From contig JBHHYI010000102.1 of the NCBI GenBank assembly GCA_046757525.1, positions 1 to 14,695 of the forward strand: a stretch of DNA of 14,695 nt. The letters run 5' to 3'. This document shows, piece after piece, positions 1 through 5,930 of the stretch (its first letter is position 1; each line of letters starts with the position of its first letter). Under the pieces are notes generated by a model. That model was not told the DNA's origin. It saw only the letters and a program-made list of their open reading frames with translations, and did not search any database. The translations under genes were made by a program, and so were the position numbers. This DNA comes from a bacterium (lineage in GTDB: Bacteria > Zhuqueibacterota > Zhuqueibacteria > Oceanimicrobiales > Oceanimicrobiaceae).

Positions 1-105
1 GAAAATTGGTTTTACAAAAAATTAAAAAAGTTTTCAGCAAATGCAACAGAAAGATCGGCTTTTTCTAACCTCTGGCGCCGAAGTGATTTTAGGTCGATTC
101 ACCAT

Positions 106-1230
106 TCAAACATCGATGGTGGAATAATACACCTTCTCCGAAACCTCCGCCCAACTGGTAACGCTCTTTCTGAATGCGCTGAACGATTCGTAAATCTTTT
201 TGCTTTGGGGATCCTTGGCGACCATCTCAGCGATGACTTCATCGGCGTAGTGCTTGAGGGCGGAGAGCACTTCGGCCGGAAATGGTCTGACTTCAACGTG
301 GTGCTCATGAATCAGTTTTTGCAGATAGGTGTTGTTTTTTGATTCGAACTCGGACAGCATCCACATGTTCGCTCTGGCGGCCGCGCTGCGAATGATGGTT
401 TGCAGATCCCTTGGCAGTTTATCCCAGGCATTTTTGTTAACCGTCAGCTCAAGCACGGGACCGGGTTCATGCCAGCCCGGGTAATAATAGTATTTGGCGA
501 CTTTGTAGAAGCCCATCCAATAATCGTGGTAGGGGCCCACCCATTCGGTGGCGTCGATGACGCCTCTTTCCAGATTGGTAAAGATTTCGCCGCCGGCCGT
601 CAAGATAGCTGAGCCGCCGGCCCGGGCGATGACCTGAGCGCCGAGACCCGGGATACGCATTCTCAGACCCTTCAAGTCATCCACGGTGTTAATTTCTTTA
701 TTGAACCAGCCGCCCATTTGCATGCCCGTGTTGCCAGCCGGCATGGGTATCAGATTGAACGGTTCGTACAGTTCTTCCCAGAGCTTCAGCGCGCCGCCGC
801 TGTAAAGCCAGGCGTTCATTTGCTGAGCGTTCATACCAAAAGGCACGGCTGCAAAAAACTGGGCGGCCGGCACTTTGCCGGCCCAATAATACGCAACGCC
901 GTGGCTCATTTCTGCCACGCCCTGGCTCACGGCATCGAAGGCCTCCAGGGGAGGTACCAGCTCGCCACCGCCGTAGACCTGAATCTTCAGCCTTCCGTCC
1001 GACATCTCATCGATCCACTGCGCCATCATGTCAGCGCCTTCGCCCATCACATAGAAATGCGGCGGCCAGGTGGTCACCATCCGCCACTCGTATTTCTTTT
1101 TGGTGTGCACGGCTGGCGCATCGCGGCCGGCTTCCTTGGAATCACCGCACCCCAAAAAAAGCGTGGAGCCGCCAAGCAGCGTTGCGATAGAGCCTTGCTT
1201 CAAGAATTCTCTCCGTTTGATCTTTCCCAT
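106..1230 (-). CDS. dctP: TRAP transporter substrate-binding protein, DctP/TakP-like (2-oxoacid/monocarboxylate-binding subfamily), with twin-arginine signal and probable lipobox
   Basis: 374-aa ORF. N-terminal KRREFLK Tat motif followed by a hydrophobic stretch and LFLGC. Family motifs WRMVTTWP, SDGRLKIQVYGGGELVP, YYWAGK, LRMRIPGLG, LERGVIDATEWVGP, YYYYPGWHEPG. GGAGG Shine-Dalgarno at 1236-1240 (minus strand). Confidence 0.93.
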   Translation of the reverse strand: MGKIKRREFLKQGSIATLLGGSTLFLGCGDSKEAGRDAPAVHTKKKYEWRMVTTWPPHFYVMGEGADMMAQWIDEMSDGRLKIQVYGGGELVPPLEAFDAVSQGVAEMSHGVAYYWAGKVPAAQFFAAVPFGMNAQQMNAWLYSGGALKLWEELYEPFNLIPMPAGNTGMQMGGWFNKEINTVDDLKGLRMRIPGLGAQVIARAGGSAILTAGGEIFTNLERGVIDATEWVGPYHDYWMGFYKVAKYYYYPGWHEPGPVLELTVNKNAWDKLPRDLQTIIRSAAARANMWMLSEFESKNNTYLQKLIHEHHVEVRPFPAEVLSALKHYADEVIAEMVAKDPQSKKIYESFSAFRKSVTSWAEVSEKVYYSTIDV

Positions 1231-1264
1231 CCGGGCCTCCGTTTAGCTTTTAGTTTCCTTCTGG

Positions 1265-1380
1265 ACGGTAAAACCTAACTGACAGTGAGGTACCCTTCAC
1301 TTGCTCCAGACGCTTCCTGGTGTGCAGAAGGGAACCATGAAACTGCACCATGTCCCCACCGCAACTGAGGTTTTACCCGT
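1265..1380 (-). ncRNA. Candidate structured RNA/cis-element upstream of the TRAP gene (family not recognised)
   Basis: Perfect 10-bp inverted repeat GGTAAAACCT (1267-1276) / AGGTTTTACC (1368-1377). Inner stem 1352-1362 / 1282-1293 needs three G-U pairs that exist only on the minus strand. Further hairpins 1322-1327/1343-1348 and 1306-1310/1316-1320. Confidence 0.4.
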
Positions 1381-1477
1381 GACATGATTTTCTTGTTGCT
1401 TGGAATCAGAATTTGTCTTAGATTTTATTTTTAACCGTAGAAAGGAATTCTTGGAAAATATAAAGATAATCAAAAAT

Positions 1478-2125
1478 ATGCAAGTGTATAATAAGATTTC
1501 TGCAATCTCCTATTTGTTGTGTTCACTTACCTTGTGGGGTTGTCAAGGGCAACCGGTCATCGAAGACATCACGAAGGCGCCCAGGGTGAAGCCGGTCGAC
1601 AAAAAATACGCCGGCATTTTTAAAGCCCTGGATGGCACCTGGCGTGGAGAGTTTGGCGTCTATGTCGACCAACGAGGTCAAGTCAAGGACAAGGCACAGC
1701 CCAAAGACATCGATGAAGCCTTTTTCAGAACGCTGCCTCTAAAATTGGAGAACGTCATTCATGTGCAGCAACACTATTTTTCCGAAAGCCCGTATTTTCA
1801 ACGACTCACCATTGAAGACACCTATGCGAGCAAAAATGGCCAACCACGGGTCGTCAGAAGTCGTGGTGTCAACAAAATTCAGGACGGCAAGATGTGGTGT
1901 GTGGTGGTAAAACCGGATGAAACGGTTGTTCATTCTGGCAGAGAAGAAGGACCCGAGACCATTGTTTGGCAGCGCAGCTTGAAGGAGCCTGTCAAAATCG
2001 AATACTTCAAAGAAACCGTTCATCGGGAGGAATACACGATTTTAGGTTGGGGTTACTACGGCGATGACGCCCCCGACCTGAGTCCCCGACATTGGTTTTT
2101 CGGCAAATATAAGAAAGTAAATTAG
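1478..2125 (+). CDS. Hypothetical lipoprotein, possibly calycin/lipocalin-like beta-barrel
   Basis: In-frame ATG at 1478 gives MQVYNKISAISYLLCSLTLWGCQ, a signal peptide with an LWGC lipobox; the TTG at 1400 adds 26 AT-rich, non-signal residues. LDGTWRGEF resembles the calycin GxW motif, and the body is rich in predicted beta-strands. Confidence 0.75.
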   Translation: MQVYNKISAISYLLCSLTLWGCQGQPVIEDITKAPRVKPVDKKYAGIFKALDGTWRGEFGVYVDQRGQVKDKAQPKDIDEAFFRTLPLKLENVIHVQQHYFSESPYFQRLTIEDTYASKNGQPRVVRSRGVNKIQDGKMWCVVVKPDETVVHSGREEGPETIVWQRSLKEPVKIEYFKETVHREEYTILGWGYYGDDAPDLSPRHWFFGKYKKVN

Positions 2126-2148
2126 ATCGGCAATCCTCTGGCTGATCT
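2124..2148 (+). other. Stem-loop immediately after the lipoprotein stop codon
   Basis: AGATCGGC (2124-2131) pairs with GCTGATCT (2141-2148) with one G-U. There is no U-tract, so it is not a canonical intrinsic terminator. Confidence 0.3.
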
Positions 2149-2255
2149 GGCACGCTGTTACTGCCTGCCCGGAAGGGTTGCAAGTGTACTCCATACTACA
2201 AGCGGACAACATCGTGTTTTTTTAGCAAAGTCTTGGACACTTCAGAACATATTTT

Positions 2256-2469
2256 AGCCACGGATTTACACTGACAAAACACAGATTCTAAACCATAACG
2301 TATCTAAAATGAACTTTTCTCTTCAGGAACCTGTTGCCGATTGGTTGAAGAATTAATAAGTAAGCGCTACAACAAAAATTAAAATAGTGGGACGAGTAGT
2401 CATTTTGTTTTCATAGGCTAAAAGTTACTAAGGGTTCTTATCCGTGTCAATCAGTGTAAGTCCGTGGCT
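2256..2469. repeat. Long imperfect inverted repeat (about 30-bp arms built from tandem CACNGA units) enclosing a 153-bp spacer
   Basis: Left arm AGCCACGGATTTACACTGACAAAACACAGAT (2256-2286). Reverse complement of the right arm (2440-2469) is AGCCACGGACTTACACTGATTGACACGGAT. Confidence 0.85.
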
Positions 2470-2476
2470 TAATCAA

Positions 2477-2506
2477 TTTTTGGTTGCGGCCGAAGGCCGC
2501 GTTGGG
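2477..2506. repeat. REP-like end hairpin, copy 1: TTTTT-GGTT-GCGGC(CGAAG)GCCGC-GTTGGG
   Basis: Perfect stem GCGGCC/GGCCGC (2486-2500) with a GAA loop. Same flanks as copy 2 at 2767-2826. Confidence 0.7.
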
Positions 2507-2590
2507 AGACTCCGGCGCTTTAATCCCTTAAGAGTAAATTCTGTGCCTTTTGGGCAAAGATTATTTTTGGAGCCTTTCATAGTTCTTTCA

Positions 2591-2608
2591 ATTACAACAT
2601 GTTGTAAT
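2591..2608. promoter_or_regulatory. Perfect 18-bp palindrome ATTACAACATGTTGTAAT (possible dimeric protein binding site)
   Basis: The sequence equals its own reverse complement over 18 bp with no spacer. The function is inferred only. Confidence 0.4.
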
Positions 2609-2654
2609 AGGTAAAAAGCAATGATCAAATTTACCTTATCACTGTGTTAGATGC

Positions 2655-2719
2655 CACACGGATCGAGAACTCACACGGAGTTCTTTAAATTTTTTCCGTG
2701 TGATTTTTTGATCTGTGTG
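2655..2719. repeat. Second inverted repeat built from tandem CACACGGA units, with a 15-nt loop
   Basis: CACACGGATC (2655-2664) / GATCTGTGTG (2710-2719) and TCACACGGA (2671-2679) / TCCGTGTGA (2695-2703). The intervening GAGAAC/TTTTTT pairs partly by G-U on the plus strand. Confidence 0.8.
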
Positions 2720-2766
2720 TAAATGAGCAAGTAATAAATAAATTATTTTGCCCTTAATTGTTTTGC

Positions 2767-2826
2767 TTTTTGGGTTCCGGCTTGCCCCGTTGGATAAATT
2801 ATCCCACGGGGCTTGGCCGGGTTAGG
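2767..2826. repeat. REP-like end hairpin, copy 2, carrying a nested palindromic insertion
   Basis: TTTTTG-GGTT-CCGGCTTG-[CCCCGTTGGATAAATTATCCCACGGGGCTTG]-GCCGG-GTTAGG. Inner palindrome GCCCCGT-T-GGATA-AAT-TATCC-C-ACGGGGC spans 2784-2812. Confidence 0.75.
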
Positions 2827-2846
2827 TTAAATTTGGGAAGTCATCC

Positions 2847-3944
2847 TTGACACCTCTGCTCCAGAACATTCTCAGTTTTTATGACGGTCACAAGAAATCT
2901 GCGCCCGTTCTATTCTTCTTCGGCGGCTTCACCTGGGACAGCTTTACCCTCAAAAGAATTGACCGCTGGTTGGACAATCTAGTTTTGTTGAGTTACATCT
3001 TGCTCTTAGGCGGGCTCATCGTCCTGGTGAATCTCATCGATATCGGCAAAATTAAAAATGCCTTTATCCTGAAATACCGCACCTGGTATCCTTTAGGGCT
3101 GCAATTTTTCATGGGCGGTCTGTTTAGCGCCTATGTTGTGTTTTATTTTCAGAGCGCTTCTCTGAGCAAAACATCGTTGTTCGTGGGGCTGCTGGTAATA
3201 TTGCTGGTCGCCAACGAATTCTTAGAAAAGCGACTCAGAAACTTGTACCTGCTGATATCCCTCTATTTTCTTGCCAGTTTTTCATTTTTCATATTCTTCA
3301 TTCCAGTGACGACCAAAGCCATGAATGTCTACACCTTTCAAGCTGGCGGCCTCCTGAGTCTCATTCTGGTCGCCGGCATTTTATTCCTGTTCAACAAGCA
3401 AGGCATTCTACGCAGTCGAAAGCAGGTCATCCTGACCGGCACCCCGGTCGCTATTTTGTTCGTGTTGCTTAACTTGCTGTACACCATGAATTGGATTCCG
3501 CCGGTACCCCTTTCGCTCAGATCAGGGGGCATCTACCACCACGTCAGCAAGCACAGAGACTCCGATCTCTTTGTGTTGAAATTCGAACAGCCGAAGTGGT
3601 TTCAATTCTGGAAAAAATCGGACGGTCCTTTTCACTACGAAAAGGGGGACACCGTCCATTGTTTTACCGCCATTTTTGCACCTACCAGGTTGACCAAAAG
3701 GATTTTTCACCACTGGCAGAAGTACTTTCCCAGGAGAAAAAAATGGGTGACCACCGACAGATTGGGCTATTTCATTACGGGTTACCGGGATGGCGGCTAC
3801 CGCGGTGTCACGCGCAAAGTGAACGTTTCGCCGGGAAAATGGCGCGTGGATGTGGAAACCGAGGAAGGCTTGCTTTTAGGTCGAATCAATTTCAAAATCA
3901 AAGCCGTGGCATCAAAAGTGCCGTTAAAAACAGTTTACAGATAG
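2847..3944 (+). CDS. DUF2914 domain-containing integral membrane protein
   Basis: 365 aa, TTG start. About 8 hydrophobic segments with FFFGGFTWDSFTLKRID and WIPPVPLSL. The soluble C-terminal domain has FTAIFAP, GYRDGGYRG and PGKWRVDVETEEG, typical of DUF2914. Confidence 0.8.
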   Translation: MTPLLQNILSFYDGHKKSAPVLFFFGGFTWDSFTLKRIDRWLDNLVLLSYILLLGGLIVLVNLIDIGKIKNAFILKYRTWYPLGLQFFMGGLFSAYVVFYFQSASLSKTSLFVGLLVILLVANEFLEKRLRNLYLLISLYFLASFSFFIFFIPVTTKAMNVYTFQAGGLLSLILVAGILFLFNKQGILRSRKQVILTGTPVAILFVLLNLLYTMNWIPPVPLSLRSGGIYHHVSKHRDSDLFVLKFEQPKWFQFWKKSDGPFHYEKGDTVHCFTAIFAPTRLTKRIFHHWQKYFPRRKKWVTTDRLGYFITGYRDGGYRGVTRKVNVSPGKWRVDVETEEGLLLGRINFKIKAVASKVPLKTVYR

Positions 3945-3952
3945 GCAGCCGT

Positions 3953-4702
3953 ATGCAAGAAATAGGAAAACTAACGCTTTTAATGCTCATTGGCATGGTG
4001 GCTGGTTTCTTGAACATCACCGCTGGCGGCGGCTCGCTTTTGACTTTGCCATTTCTCATTTTCCTGGGTTTGCCTGCCGGAGTGGCCAACGGCACCAACC
4101 GCATTGCCATTTTCGTGCAAAACATTTTTGCTACGGCACGCTTCCATAAATTCGAAGTCATCCCGAAAGAAATTGTGTTCATTGCCAGCGTTCCCGCTCT
4201 ACTCGGTTGCGCGCTTGGAGCACAACTTGCGGTGCACATCGACGAGTTGCTTTTCAAGCGCGTCCTTGCAGTCATCATGGTTGCTGCCGTTGGTCTGATG
4301 TTCCTCAAGAATAGCACGAAAAACCCCGAGGCACCGATTTCATGGACTTTCCGCAAGAAGCTCGTCATCATTTTTACCTTTTTGGGACTTGGCATCTACG
4401 GCGGCTTTATCCAGGCTGGCATCGGTTTTCTTCTCATCATGGTGTTGACCGCAGCAGGCTACGATTTGGTCAGAACCAACGCCTTGAAGGTGCTGGTGAT
4501 TCTCATTTTTACGCCGGTTGCCTTGCTCATCTTTATTGCGCACGGACAGGTCGACTATTTAAAGGGTTTGACTCTCGCTGTTGGCAACGCTGCTGGTGCC
4601 TGGCTGGCTACACGCGTGGTCGTCGAGAAGGGACACCCATTCACGCGCTGGATTGTCGTGGCCGCCGCAAGTATTTTTGCTGTCAAGCTGTTTTTGGGGT
4701 AG
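3953..4702 (+). CDS. Sulfite exporter TauE/SafE family permease
   Basis: ATG at 3953, 8 nt after the DUF2914 stop, gives 249 aa. Motifs AGFLNITAGGGSLLTLP, ANGTNR and GIYGGFIQAGIG; about 8 TM helices. Confidence 0.9.
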   Translation: MQEIGKLTLLMLIGMVAGFLNITAGGGSLLTLPFLIFLGLPAGVANGTNRIAIFVQNIFATARFHKFEVIPKEIVFIASVPALLGCALGAQLAVHIDELLFKRVLAVIMVAAVGLMFLKNSTKNPEAPISWTFRKKLVIIFTFLGLGIYGGFIQAGIGFLLIMVLTAAGYDLVRTNALKVLVILIFTPVALLIFIAHGQVDYLKGLTLAVGNAAGAWLATRVVVEKGHPFTRWIVVAAASIFAVKLFLG

Positions 4703-4742
4703 GTTTAGAGCTTTGTTAATCACCGGCTTACCATCTAATCAC

Positions 4743-4771
4743 TTGACATTTTAGGCACAAAGGGTTATCTT
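4743..4771 (+). promoter_or_regulatory. Sigma70-type promoter for the DUF2090 gene
   Basis: TTGACA (4743-4748), 17-nt spacer, TATCTT (4766-4771). AGGAGG Shine-Dalgarno at 4871-4876 precedes the ATG at 4884. Confidence 0.65.
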
Positions 4772-4883
4772 ATGAAATGTTGTTGCACGCTTTTTATGCA
4801 AATTCGACAAGTCTATTTAGTTTAACATTGAAATCAAGGAATTTCACTATTACTTCAACCACTAAATCACAGGAGGTTTCATT

Positions 4884-5786
4884 ATGGGCTACAAGGACAA
4901 TTTGTTTGTGATGCCATTCGACCATCGCGGTTCCTTTCAATCGAAGATGTTTGGCATCAGTGGCCGGCAACCCACGGATGAGGAAACCAGGATGATCGCA
5001 TCCTACAAACGGATCGTCTACGAAGGCTTTCGCAAGGCCTTGACCCAGGGCGTGCCCAGGGACAAAGCCGCCATTCTGGTAGACGAACAGTTCGGGGCAG
5101 ATTGTGTAATCGACGCCCTGAAAGACGGCATTAAAGTGGCCATGCCAGCCGAAAAAAGTGGGCAGAAGGAATTCGACTTCGAGTATGGTGAAGCTTTCGG
5201 GGAGCATATCGAGAAGTTCAACCCGACTTTTGTGAAAGTGCTGGTGCGCTACAACGTGGAGGACAATCAGGAGATGAACCAGCGCCAGGCCGTACGTCTA
5301 GCCAGACTGAGTGATTATTGCCACACGAACAACCGGAAGTTCATGTTTGAACTGCTGGTGCCGGCTTCGGGAGCCCAGTTGGAAAAAGTCGGGGGTGAGA
5401 AAGTTAGGTATGACACCGAAATTCGACCCGCACTGATGGAGAAGGCCATCGCCGAGCTGCACGAGGCTGGTGTCGAACCAGACGTGTGGAAACTGGAAGG
5501 ATTGGAAAACGCCGCCGACTACAAAGCCATCGTTGCGCAGGCCAGGAGTGACGGCCGCGACGACGTCGGGATGATTGTGCTGGGCCGCGGCGAAAATGCC
5601 GAAAAGGTACGACACTGGCTCAGCGTGGGCGCACACGTCGAAGGTGTCATCGGTTTCGCCGTGGGCCGCACCGTGTTCTGGGATGCCCTGGCCGGTTTCA
5701 AGAATGGCACGCACAGCCGCCAAGACGCCGTGGACATGGTCGCCAGGAATTACAGCGGCTTCGTTTCTCTGTTTACCGAGGTCTGA
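4884..5786 (+). CDS. DUF2090 family class I aldolase-like protein (2-deoxy-5-keto-D-gluconate 6-phosphate aldolase domain; IolC C-terminal/LacD-like TIM barrel)
   Basis: 300 aa with a strong SD. Motifs PFDHRGSF, ILVDEQFG, EKSGQ.EF.FEYG, KVLVRYN, FELLVP, PDVWKLEG (probable Schiff-base Lys), VLGRG and GFAVGRT. Confidence 0.85.
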   Translation: MGYKDNLFVMPFDHRGSFQSKMFGISGRQPTDEETRMIASYKRIVYEGFRKALTQGVPRDKAAILVDEQFGADCVIDALKDGIKVAMPAEKSGQKEFDFEYGEAFGEHIEKFNPTFVKVLVRYNVEDNQEMNQRQAVRLARLSDYCHTNNRKFMFELLVPASGAQLEKVGGEKVRYDTEIRPALMEKAIAELHEAGVEPDVWKLEGLENAADYKAIVAQARSDGRDDVGMIVLGRGENAEKVRHWLSVGAHVEGVIGFAVGRTVFWDALAGFKNGTHSRQDAVDMVARNYSGFVSLFTEV

Positions 5787-5930
5787 GGTCGGCTGCGAGT
5801 TCAATGCACCAGCCCCAATGGCCGTGCCTGCTGAGCCTTGGCTGTCGCCCTGGTGGCGGTGTGTCGCCGCAGGAACAGGTGGGCAAGGAGCAAGAAATAA
5901 ATGGTTGACTTTATGCGATAATTTCCTTAA

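Noticed and set aside
1265..1380. SRP RNA, 6S RNA, c-di-GMP-I riboswitch, or HDV-like/twister ribozyme as the identity of the leader structure
   Set aside because: CAGG...AGCA is present but lacks the SRP helix-8 GNRA-capped stem. It is too short for 6S and lacks the open central bubble. There is no GEMM P2 tetraloop/receptor, too few bases for an HDV P3/L3, and no twister cleavage-loop consensus.
1400..1477. N-terminal extension of the lipoprotein ORF from TTG 1400
   Set aside because: AT-rich, promoter-like sequence; the ATG at 1478 gives a proper lipoprotein signal peptide.
2148..2164. Sigma54-like TGGCACG motif
   Set aside because: The -12 GC is not at the required spacing: the sequence reads TGGCACG-CTGT-TACT instead of TGGCACG-N4-TTGC.
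2256..2827. Integron attC array or CRISPR array
   Set aside because: GTTAGGT (2821-2827) fits GTTRRRY, but there is no matching RYYYAAC R'' box or L boxes, and no intI is present. The repeats are inverted and irregular rather than direct repeats with equal-length spacers.
3491..3952. 154-codon upstream extension of the TauE ORF overlapping DUF2914 (possible frameshift fusion)
   Set aside because: The extension has no recognisable features and overlaps the conserved DUF2914 domain in another frame. TauE is complete from ATG 3953, and I noticed no convincing frameshift signal.
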